Source of the DNA: an uncultured Planctomycetota bacterium
Lineage (GTDB): Bacteria > Planctomycetota > Planctomycetia > Isosphaerales > Isosphaeraceae
DNA length: 64,000 nt
Direction: 5' to 3'
NCBI GenBank assembly: GCA_963823665.1
Contig: CAWGMQ010000006.1
Location: 1-64,000, forward strand
Shown here: in pieces, positions 12,001 through 24,000 of the stretch
Layout of the letters: the number at the start of each line of letters is the position of its first letter
Numbering within the stretch: position 1 is the first letter of the stretch
The notes under the pieces: generated by a model
Told to the model about the DNA's origin: nothing
Databases searched by the model: none
What the model saw: only the letters and a program-made list of their open reading frames with translations
Position numbers and translations under genes: made by a program

Positions 12001-15000
12001 AGATATACACGAGGCTGGCCGTCGATACCGTCCCTATTGGGACCAGCGACAGGATCTGCCCACTGGCCATCGTCCCGGCAATGATGTTGACGTTCTGGAA
12101 GCTCTTGTTGTTGGACAGAAGCGCCACGTCCTGGAACGGCACGTAGATCGGCAAGTTGAACGCGTCGTTCGTCAGGTCGCCCGTGTTCATGATGCTGCCG
12201 CTGACCAGGCTCAGCTCGTTGATGCTGAAGGTTGTGGTGCTGGCGGTGAGCTCGCCGCCGGAGTCAACCTGGAGGAGTGCGAACGATGCATAGTTGCTGC
12301 CGGAGATAAAGAAGTTGGAGCCGCTGGCAGAGAGGGTGCCGTTGACCAGGATCTGAGTTGTTGCCGAGTAACCGGCCACGAAGCCGATCGACGCTCCGGT
12401 GACGTTCATGGCCCCGTTGTCGGTGATCGTCACCGGGTCGATCAGGACGCTGGTGCCGGTGCCGACGGTCAGAGTCGCTCCCGTACCAACGGTGAAGTTG
12501 CCCTGGAAGATATACACGAGGCTGGCCGTCGATACCGTCCCTATTGGGACCAGCGACAGGATCTGCCCACTGGCCATCGTCCCGGCAATGATGTTGACGT
12601 TCTGGAAGCTCTTGTTGTTGGACAGAAGCGCCACGTCCTGGAACGGCACGTAGATCGCCAAGTTGAACGTGTCGTTCGTCAGGTCGCCGGCGTTCAAGAT
12701 GCTGCCGGTGACGAGGTTCAGCTCGTTGACGCTAAATGTCGTGGTGCTGGCGGTGAGCTCGCCGCCGGAGTCAACCTGGAGGAGTGCGAACGATGCATAG
12801 TTGCTGCCGGAGATAAAGAAGTTGGAGCCGCTGGCAGAGAGGGTGCCGTTGACCAGGATCTGAGTTGTTGCCGAGTAACCGGCCACGAAGCCGATCGACG
12901 CCCCGGTGACGTTCATGGCCCCGTTGTCGGTGATCGTCACCGGGTCGATCAGGACGCTGGTGCCGGTGCCGACGGTCAGAGTCGCTCCCGTACCAACGGT
13001 GAAGTTGCCCTGGAAGATATACACGAGGCTGGCCGTCGATACCGTCCCGATCGGGACCAGCGACAGTGTTTGGCCGCTGGCCATGGTTCCGGCGATGATG
13101 TTTATGTTCTGGAAGCTCTGGTTGTTGGCCAGCAGGGCGACGTCCTGGAACGGCACGTAGATGGGCAGGTTGAAGGTGTCGTTGGTGAAGTCGCCCGAGT
13201 TCAAGATGCTGCCGTTGACCAGGTTCAGTTCATTGACGCTGAAGGTCGTGGTGCTGGCGATGAGCTCGCCGCCGGAGTCGACCTGAAGGAGTGCGAAAGA
13301 TGCATAGTTGCCGCCGGAGATGTAAAAGTTCGAGCCGCTGGCGTAGAGGGTGCCGTTGACCAGGATCTGAGTTGTTGCCGAGTAACCGGCCACGAAGCCG
13401 ATCGACGCCCCGGTGACGTTCATGACCCCGTTGTCGGTGATCGTCACCGGGTCGATCAGGACGCTGGTGCCGGTACCGACGGTGACCGTCGCTCCCGTAC
13501 CGACAGTGAAGTTGCCCTGGAAGATGTAAACAAGGCTGGCCGTCGAAACCGTCCCGATCGGGACCAGGGACAATGACTGCCCGCTGGCCATGGTTCCGGC
13601 GATAATGTTGACGTTCTGGAAGCTCTTGTTGTTGGCGAGCAGGGCGACGTCCTGGAACGGCAAGTAGATGGGCAGGTTGAAGGCATCGTTGGTGAAGTCG
13701 CCCGAGTTCAAGATGCTGCCGTTGACCAGGTTCAGCTCGTTGATGTTGAAGGTCGTGGTGCTGGCGGTGAGCTCGCCGCCGGAGTCAACCTGGAGGAGTG
13801 CGAACGATGCATAGTTGCTGCCGGAGATAAAGAAGTTGGAGCCGCTGGCAGAGAGGGTGCCATTGACCAGGATCTGGGTTGTTGCCTCATAACCGGCCAC
13901 GAAGCCGATCGACGCACCCGCGATGTTCATGGCCCCGTAGTCGGTAATGGTCACCGGGTCGATCAAGACACTGGTGCCGGTACCGACGGTCAGCGTCGCT
14001 CCCGTACCGACCGTGAAGTTGCCCTGGAAGATGTACACAAGGCTGGCCGTCGATACCGTCCCGATCGGGACCAGCGACAGTGTTTGGCCGCTGGCCATGG
14101 TTCCGGCGATGATGTTTATGTTCTGGAAGCTCTTGTTGTTCGACAGCAGCGCCACGTCCTGGAACGGCACGTAGATCGGCAAGTTGAACGTGTCGTTCGT
14201 CACGTCGCCCGTGTTCATGATGCTGCCGTTGACCCAGTTCACCTCGTTGACGCTGAAGGTCGTGGTGCTGGCGGTGAGCTCGCCGCCGGAGTTGACCTGG
14301 ATCAAAGTGTTCGAGTAGTCGTTGCCCCCCAGAGTGAAGACGGAGCCTGTGGCGGTCATGGTGCCGTTGACCAGGATATCGGTCGTGGTCTCATAGCCGA
14401 CCTCGAACACGAACGTCGTGCCCGAGCCGGTGTTGAGCGCTCCGCTGTCGGTGATCGTCACATTGGGATTGATTTCGACGTTGACCGTGGGCGCCACGGT
14501 CAGCGTGGCCCCGGACTGGATTGTGAAGTTGCCGGTAAAGACGTAGATCAGGTTGGCGGTGGAGCTGGTTCCGATCAGGTTCAAGGAGAGGGACTGGCCG
14601 GTGGTGAGGCTACCGCCGAAGATCTCGATGGCCTGGAAGCTCTGGTTATTGGCCAGCATGGGAATGTCCAGGGCCGGCACATAGATGGGCAGGTTGAAGA
14701 TATCGTTGGTGAGGTCGGTCGCGCCCAGGATGCTGCCGTTTTCCAGAACAAGCTGGTTCACCGAGAAGGTGCTGCCTGTAGCGGTGAGCTCGCCGCCGGA
14801 GTTGACCTGGATCAGGGTGTTCGAGTAGTCGTTACCCGCCAGGTTGAAGACGGAGCCCATGGCGGTCATGGTGCCGTTGACCAGGATTTCGGTGGTCGTC
14901 TCATAGCCGACCTCGAACACGAACGTCGTGCCCGAGCCGGTGTTCAGCGCTCCGCTGTCGGTGATCGTCACATTGGGATTGATTTCGACGTTGACCTTGG

Positions 15001-18000
15001 GCGCCACGGTCAGCGTGGCCCCGGACTGGATCGTGAAGTTGCCGGTAAAGACGTAGATCAGGTTGGCGGTGGAGTTGGTCCCAATCGGGTTCAAGGACAG
15101 GGACTGGCCAGTGGTGAGGCTACCACCGAAGATCTCGATGGCCTGGAAGCTCTGGTTGTTGGCCAGCATGGGGATGTCCAGGGCCGGCACATAGATGGGC
15201 AGGTTGAAGATATCGTTGGTGAGGTCGGTTGCGCCCAGAATGCTGCCGTTCTCCAGAACAAGCTGGTTCACCGAGAAGGTGCTGCCTGTAGCGGTGAGCT
15301 CGCCACCGGAGTTGACCTGGATCAGGGTGTTCGAGTAGTCGTTGCCCCCCAGGGTGAAGACGGAGCCTGTGGCGGTCATGGTGCCGTTGACCAGGATTTC
15401 GGTCGTGGTCTCATAGCCGACCTCGAACACGAACGTCGTGCCCGAGCCGGTGTTGAGCGCTCCGCTGTCGGTGATCGTCACATTGGGATTGATTTCGACG
15501 TTGACCTTCGGCGCCACGGTCAGCGTGGCCCCGGACTGGATCGTGAAGTTGCCGGTAAAGACGTAGATCAGGTTGGCGGTGGAGTTGGTCCCAATCGGGT
15601 TCAAGGACAGGGACTGGCCAGTGGTGAGGCTACCACCGAAGATCTCGATGGCCTGGAAGCTCTGGTTATTGGCCAGCATGGGAATGTCCAGGGCCGGCAC
15701 ATAGATGGGCAGGTTGAAGATATCGTTGGTGAGGTCGGCCGCGCCGAGGATGCTGCCGTTTTCCAGAACAAGCTGGTTCAGCGAGAAGGTGCTGCCTGTA
15801 GCGGTGAGCTCGCCGCCGGAGTTGACCTGGATCAGGGTGTTCGAGTAGTCGTTGCCCCCCAGGTTGAAGACGGAGCCCGTGGCGTTCATGGTGCCGTTGA
15901 CCAGGATTTCGGTCGTGGTCTCATAGCCGACCTCAAACACGAACGTCGTGCCCGAGCCGGTGTTGAGCGCTCCGCTGTCGGTGATCGTCACATTGGGATT
16001 GATTTCGACGTTGACCTTGGGCACCACGGTCAGCGTGGCCCCGGACTGGATCGTGAAGTTGCCGGTAAAGACGTAGATCAGGTTGGCGGTGGAGTTGGTC
16101 CCAATCGGGTTCAAGGACAGGGACTGGCCAGTGGTGAGGCTACCACCGAAGATCTCGATGGCCTGGAAGCTCTGGTTATTGGCCAGCATGGGAATGTCCA
16201 GGGCCGGCACATAGATGGGCAGGTTGAAGATATCGTTGGTGAGGTCGGCCGCGCCAGGATGCTGCCGTTTTCCAGAACAAGCTGGTTCAGCGAGAAGGTG
16301 CTGCCTGTAGCGGTGAGCTCGCCGCCGGAGTTGACCTGGATCAGGGTGTTCGAGTAGTCGTTGCCCCCCAGGTTGAAGACGGAGCCCGTGGCGTTCATGG
16401 TGCCGTTGACCAGGATTTCGGTCGTGGTCTCATAGCCGACCTCAAACACGAACGTCGTGCCCGAGCCGGTGTTGAGCGCTCCGCTGTCGGTGATCGTCAC
16501 ATTGGGATTGATTTCGACGTTGACCTTGGGCGCCACGGTCAGCGTGGCCCCGGACTGGATCGTGAAGTTGCCGGTAAAGACGTAGATCAGGTTGGCGGTG
16601 GAGTTGGTCCCAATCGGGTTCAAGGACAGGGACTGGCCAGTGGTGAGGCTACCACCGAAGATCTCGATGGCCTGGAAGCTCTGGTTGTTGGCCAGCATGG
16701 GGATGTCCAGGGCCGGCACATAGATGGGCAGGTTGAAGATATCGTTGGTGAGGTCGGTCGAGCCCAGAATGCTGCCGTTTTCCAGAACAAGCTGGTTCAC
16801 CGAGAAGGTGCTGCCTGTAGCGGTGAGCTCGCCGCCGGAGTTGACCTGGATCAGGGTGTTCGAGTAGTCGTTACCCGCCAGGTTGAAGACGGAGCCCATG
16901 GCGGTCATGGTGCCGTTGACCAGGATTTCGGTGGTCGTCTCATAGCCGACCTCGAACACGAACGTCGTGCCCGAGCCGGTGTTCAACGTCCCGTCGTCGG
17001 TGATCGTCTGGTTGGCCTGGATCTTGACGCTGGCGCCGGCTGCCACACTCAGCGAGGCGCCGGTGCCGATCGTCACGGACGCGAGAGTCGAACTGCCGCT
17101 GCCGATCGAGATCGAGCCGGCCGTGATGTCGAGGGTGGCGAGGTCGGTGAGGCTGGCGATCGGCGGCTCGGCGGTTGTCTGCGTATGGGTGACCGTGATG
17201 CCGGAATAATCGATCACAGCGCTTTGCCCGGCGACGGGCACACCAGAGCTCCAGTTGCTGGCGGTATCCCAGTCGCCCCCAGCCGGGTTGGTCCAGTAGT
17301 CAACGAGGTTGTTCGAGGCCGTCAGAGTCAGGTTGGTCGGGGTGCCCGACGGCAAGTAGGACGCAAGCAAGCCGGTCTGGCCCGAGATAAACAGGCCGTT
17401 ATACGTCTGGAAATCGCCGGATTTGCTGGCGAAGGTCAGCACCTGAAACGTAGTGCCCACGGGCGGTACGTAACCGTTGTTGGTGGAGATGTTGATTGTT
17501 CCGGCCAGCGAGGCCGAACCGGTGACAGCAAGCTGGTCGTACCCGGACCCTCCGAGTGCGACATCCAGGCTACCGCCGGCACCCTGGGTATAAGTTCCCT
17601 GGATCGTCAACTTCCCGGCTGAGCCGGTAGCGCCGGGGCTGATCTGAGCACCCGAGTTGCTGACATTGGCGTTCAAAGTCCCCGTTCCACCGAGGAGACC
17701 GCCGGTGAAGTTCACGGTGCTTGTCGTCGAGGTGAGCGTGCCACCAGCCAGGATCGTACTCCCGCCCGATTGCGTGAATGCCCCCGAGATAGTCAAGGAC
17801 GACCCGCCGGAGACAGTGATCCCGCCGGCGTTACTGAGCGCGCCGGCTGTCGTGAGGCTCCCGCCGTCCTGAATCGTCAACTGGCCCCCTGCCGCGTTCG
17901 TCGTCAAACCAGCCAGGGCATTGCCGCTTGACGTGTTGATGATCTCGGAAGACGCTCCATCGAGAACGATCGTCGCCGCGTTCGTGACGATGTTGGCCCC

Positions 18001-21000
18001 GGCGAACTCGAGCTGGCCGGTTCCCGAGACGAAGTAGGTACCGCCGGTGAGCGTTGTGCCTGAGAAGTTGCTGAAGCTCCCCGACGCGTCGAGCGTGCTC
18101 GATTCGACCTGCACTGTTCCTGTGTTGGACAGTGAATAGGCAAGGGTTGCGGTACCGGTACCGGTGGATTTCTCCAGCGTGCCTGCGTTAGAAAGGGTGC
18201 CGCCGACGTAGACAGATCCGCCGCTGTTGATGGCGTTGCTGAGTTCGGCAGTGCCCTGGAGGTCGAAGGTGGCACCGGCCTGGTTGATGATCGACGCGCC
18301 CGAGGACTCACTGCCCTGAAAGACGGTCACCCCGCTGTCCACGACGATCGAGCCGGCGTTAGTGAGCGTGCCCGCCAGAGAAACGCCGGACGTCGTCACC
18401 GTTAAGTCGCCCGTGTTAAAGATGCTTCCACTCGAGCTCGAGCTGTCGCTCGTTAGCGACGTGGTGCCGCTGACCGTCAGAGTGCCAGAGTTGTTAATGC
18501 CGCCGCCGCCAGCGCCGCTAGCTTCGTTGTCGGCGACGGTCGAGTTGGTGAGCGTCAAGGCTCCGAAGTTTTCGATGCCTCCGCCGTTGGAGCCGGCGGA
18601 GTTGTTGGAGATGGTGCTGCCCGTGATCGTGACCGTCCCGCTTGAGTCGTTGAGGACACCACCGCCGCTGCCGCCCGTTGAATTGCCGGAGATCGTGGAG
18701 TCGGAAATGGTAAGAACGCCGCTCGAATCGTTGTCGACGCCTCCTCCGGCGTTACCCTGGATTGCGTCGTCCAGAAGCACGTTGCCCGTGCTCGCGTCCG
18801 TCGCGCCAGCACCAACGGTGACGCCAGCAGATGCGTTGAAAGCGATGACGTTGCCGGCAGCCGAGGCGGTGCCGCCGATGGTGTTGTCCGACGCACCGCC
18901 GGCGATCACGACGCCTGACGCATTGGCCAGCGCCGACGTGCCGCTCGCGTTGGTACCGATCAGGTTGCCGGCGACGACGTTGCCGGTCGCAGTCGTGCCC
19001 GTGATCAGGACGCCTTCGTTGGTGTTCCCCGAGATCAGGTTCCCTTCAATCGCGTCATCGACCCCGTCCTGCCCGGTTGTGCCGACGAGGTTCGCGGGCC
19101 CCTGGATCTCAATCCCAACGTAGTTGGGGAGCGATTCCGTCCCCGTGGCGTCGGTACCGATCAGGTTGCCCGCGATGACGTTGCCGGAGGACGTAGGATC
19201 GATCCAGACGCCAACGTCGTTCTTGTTGAAGTTGTTCCCTGAAATGAGGTTGCCCTGATCAGCGCTTTCCGTGCCGGGCCCTGCGGCCGAGTTCACTCCG
19301 ATCCAATTTCCGCTGGCCCCATTGACGAGATCGACTCCATCGCCATAGGTGCCATTGCCGAGCGCGGCTTCGCCCGAGACTGTCGTGCCCAGAAAGTTGC
19401 CGGCCACGACGTTGGCGGACGTGCCGGAGCCGCTGATGACCACGGCAGTATAGTCGTTGCCCGAGATCACGTTGCGCTCGCCAGCGTCGTCGGCGCTCTG
19501 GCCGCTGGTACCGATCAAGTTGTCGGAGGCGCCGCCGTCGATCAGTACTCCGCCGTCGATGTCGTCATCGCCGGAGAGAACGTACTTGCTACCGTTGCCC
19601 AGCGCGATCGCCCCGGTGACATCGGTGCCGATCAAGTTGCCGGCGACAACGTTTTCCTCCGTCCCTGTACCAGTCATCCAAATGCCGGCAAAGAGGTTGC
19701 CGCTGATGATATTTCGTTCGAGGGCATCGTTCAGACCGTCGCCGTTGGTGCCGATCAAGTTGCCGGTGGCGCCGCTGTCAATCTCGACGCCGGCATAATT
19801 GGGGATGGCCTGCGTTCCCGTGTAATCGGTGCCGATCAAATTGCCGGCGACGGTGTTGCCGGTGGTGCCCGCGCCGGTGATCTCGACACCGTCGCTCGTG
19901 TTGCCCGAGATGACGTTGCGCTGGTCGGCGTTTTCCGGCCCGTAGACGGCGTTGACGCCGATCGAGTTGCCGTTCGCTCCGGAAGTGATTTCGACCCCGT
20001 CTCCCGCGTTCGGTAGGGCGGCCGTTCCCGCCGCGTTCGTCCCGATAAAATTGCCCGCGACGACGTCGTCCGTGGTCACGGCGGGGACACCGCTGTACCC
20101 GCTGAGCGTCGTGATCACGACGCCCGCACCCGAGTTCCCTGAAATCACATTGCGTTCCAGTGCGCTGTTCGGCCCGTTCTCTCCCGTGGTGCCGATCAGG
20201 ACATTCGATGAGTCCTCAAGGGCCACACCGCCGGAATTGGGAATCGCCGCTGAACCTTCCGCGTTCGTTCCGATCAGGTTGCCGGCCACAACGAGGCCCG
20301 TCGTATCGAAGATCTCGACCCCGAAGAAATAAGACGCCGAGAGCACGTTTGCCTGGTCAGCATTCTCGGGCCCAAAGACCGGGTTCACTCCGATCCAGTT
20401 GCCGGAGCTGATATTTCCAACGAAAATATCGTCGTACCCGTTCCCCAGTGCCGCGGTGCCTGTCGCGTTGGTGCCGATGAAATTGCCGGCGACGACATTG
20501 CCGGTGGTTCCACTCCCGTAGATATCGACGCCGTCGGCGACGAACGGCCCGTTGCCCGAGATGACGTTGCGCTCGCCGGCGTCGTCGGCGCTCTGGCCGC
20601 TGGTCCCGATCAGATTGTCTGACGCGCCATTCGCGATCTCGACGCCGCCGGAGACATAATAACCGGGGAACTGCTGAGTCACGCTGCCATTGCCAACCGC
20701 GACGGTCCCCGACACGTCGGTGCCGATATAGTTCCCGGCCACAACATTATTATCAGTCCCGGTACCGGTCATCCAAACACCGGCGAAGAGGTTGCCGCTC
20801 AGGATATTCCGCTCAAGCGCGTCGCTCATGCCGTCGCCGTTGGTACCGATCAAGTTGCCGGCGGCGCCGCTGTCGATCTCGACGCCGGCATAGTTGGGGA
20901 TGGCCTGGGTTCCGGTAAAATCGGTGCCGATCAAATTGCCGGCGACGGTGTTGCCGGTGGTGCCCGCGCCGGTGATTTCGACACCGTCGCCCGTGTTGCC

Positions 21001-24000
21001 GGAGATGACGTTGCGCTGGTCGGCGTTTTCCGGCCCATAGGCGGCGTTCACGCCAATCGAGTTGCCATACACCCCGGAAGCGATTTCTACCCCGTCGCTC
21101 CCGTTCGGTAAACCGGCCGTTCCGGCCGCGTTCGTTCCGATATAATTGCCGGCGATGACGTTTGCGGTCGACACGGGCGGCGTGCCGTTCGAAGCGTAGG
21201 TGATCCAGACCCCGGCGCCCGAGTTTCCGGAAATCACGTTGCGTTCCAGGGCGTCCGCGGGCCCGTCTTGTCCCGATGTTCCGATCAAGATATGTGTAGA
21301 ATTACTGATCTGCACTCCGAACCCGTTGGGAATGGCGGCCGATCCAATCGCATTGGTCCCGATCAGGTTTCCCGCCACGACCTGGCTGGTGGAATCGCCG
21401 ATCTGCACGCCGTCGCCATTGCCGGAGATGACGTTGCCCTCGTCGGCGTTTTCGGGCCCGTAGACGGGATTCACACCGATCCAGTTGGCCGCGGTGAGTA
21501 CCTCCATATAGATACCGTCGCCCGCGTTTGCGAGGGCGGTCGTGCCGGCTGCGCTGGTCCCGATGAAGTTGCCCGCCACCACGTTGCCGGCCGTGCCGCT
21601 GCCGTAGATGTCAACACCGTCATTCGTGGGGCTGCCCGCAATGACGTTGCGCTCGCCTGCGTCGTCGGCGCTCTGGCCGCTGGTGCCTATCAGGTTGTCG
21701 GAAGCGCCACCCGTGATCACGACGCCGCCACCAATTCTGGCGCTGTAGGCTGTACCGACCGGATAGACAACGACCTTGCTGCCGTTGCCCAGCGCGGTAT
21801 CTCCCGTCACGTTCGTGCCGATATAGTTGCCCGCGACGACGTTATTGTTCGTGCCAGAACCCGTCAACCAGACGCCCGCGAAGGCGTTGCAGCTGATGAT
21901 ATTCCGCTCGAGCGCGTCGTTCACACCGTCGCCGTTCGAGCCGATCAAGTTGCCGGTGGCGCCGCTGTCGATCTCGACGCCGGCACTTCCGTTGCCCAGG
22001 GCCGCCGTGCCGCTCACGTTGGTGCCGATGAAGTTCCCCGCCACCACGTTGCCGTTCGTGCCCGCGCCAGTGATCTCGACGCCGTCGCCCGTGTTGCCCG
22101 AGATCACATTGCGCACACCGGCGGCGCCGCCGCCGACCGTATTGTTGGTGCTTCCGCTATCGATGGTGACTCCGTTGCCGCCGTTGGCCAAGGCCGCGGT
22201 GCCGGCGGAGTTCGTGCCGATTTCGTTGCCCTCGACCAGGTTGCCGCTGCCATCGTTGATGTTGATTCCGTCGCTCAAATTCCCGGAGATGACGTTGGCC
22301 GCGGCGGCCACTGTGCCGCCAATCGTGTTGTTCACGCCGCCGCTGATGAAAATCCCGTCGATTGCGTTCGGGAGGGCTGCAGTACCGGCGGCGTTCGTGC
22401 CGATTTCGTTGCCCTCGACCACGTTGCCGCTAGCCGTGCTGGTCAGGAGCCGCACGCCGTAGGTGCCGCTGCCTGCAATGACATTGCCCGCGCCGGCGAC
22501 GGTGCCTCCAATCGTGTTGCCGCCTCCGGAAACGTAGACGTCCGCAGATCCGCTCACGCCATTGCCCAGGGAGGCGGTGCCGGTGATGTCGGTGCCGATA
22601 TAGTTGCCTTCAACCACGTTGCCTGTGGACGGGCTGTCGATCTCGACGCCATGGGAGACATTGCCCGAGATGACGTTGCGGTCCGCGGCGATTGTCCCAC
22701 CGATGGTATTGGCGCTGGCCCCGTACTCGACCAGGACGCCGTCGGTGCCGTTGCCCAGCGCGGCGGTACCGGACTTGGTCGTCCCAATCAAGTTGCCCGC
22801 GATGACGTTCCCGGTCGCGCCGTTGATATAGATGCCTTCGTCTATGTTCCCGGAGATAACGTTGCGCTCGATCGCGTTCTCAGCGCCGTCCTGGCCCGAC
22901 GTTCCCACGAGGTTGTTCGAAGAATCGATGGCGACGCCGTGGGTATTTCCGATCGCGTTCGAACCGGTGAGATCGGTCCCGATCAGGTTGCCGGCCACCA
23001 CGGTTCCCGCGCTCCCATAGTAGAGTTGGATTCCGGCGTAGCCATTGCCCGAGATGAGGTTTCCCTGGTCGGCATTTTCCGGGCCTCCCGAGATGGGGTT
23101 GACGCCGATCCAGTTGCCGGCAGCATCCTCGGTCACGATGACACCGTCGCCAGCGTTTCCGAGACCGGCCGTGCCCGCCGCGTTGGTGCCGATATAGTTG
23201 CCGGCGACGACGTTGCCGTTGGTTCCGCTGCCGTCGATGTCCACGCCGTCGTACCCACTGCCGGAGATAATATTGCGCTGGCCGGCATCGTCGGCGCTGT
23301 GGCCGCTGGTGCCGATCAAGTTGTCCGAGGCGCCGTCATCGATCAGCACGTCGCTGTTGACGTCGCCCTCGCCCTCGAAAACGGAAAGGGTGGCGTTTCC
23401 TAGCGCGATCGTCCCCGTCACGTCGGTGCCGATATAATTGCCGGCGACAGCGTTGTTGTCTGTGCCGGTGCCGGTCATCCAGACGCCCGCGAAGCTGTTG
23501 CCGCTGATGATGTTCCGCTCGGCTGCGTCGCCTGCACCGGCGCCGCTGCTGCCGACGAGATTTCCGCTGGCGCCGCTGTCGATCTCGACGCCGGCGTAAT
23601 TGGCCACCGCGGCAGTCCCGGCCGCGTTCGTGCCGATCAGGTTACCGGCGACAACGTTGCCCGTCGCGCCCGAGCCGGAGATGTCGACTCCCTCGCCCAT
23701 GTTGCCCGAGATCACGTTGCCCGCACCGGCGACGGAGCCGCCGACCGTGTTGCCGGCCGAGAAGATCTGGATCCCGTCTCCGGCGATCGACGCGGCGGTG
23801 TCCAGGGTAAAACCGGACGGCAGGCCCGCGACAGTCGCACCGGTGGCCGTTGCCACGCCCGTGGCCGTGTTGATGGTGTAAATATTGATCGGTCCGGATC
23901 CCGTCGCTTCAGTGGTATCGATGCCGTAGAGCTGGCCGGCCGTGTCGACGAGCGTCAGTGAATCGTTATTGAACGTCACCAGGCCCGACCCGATCGCGGT

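Noticed and set aside
11700..17010. Diversity-generating retroelement template/variable repeats
   Set aside because: No reverse transcriptase in the window; the repeats are tandem and coding, and their differences are not adenine-specific.
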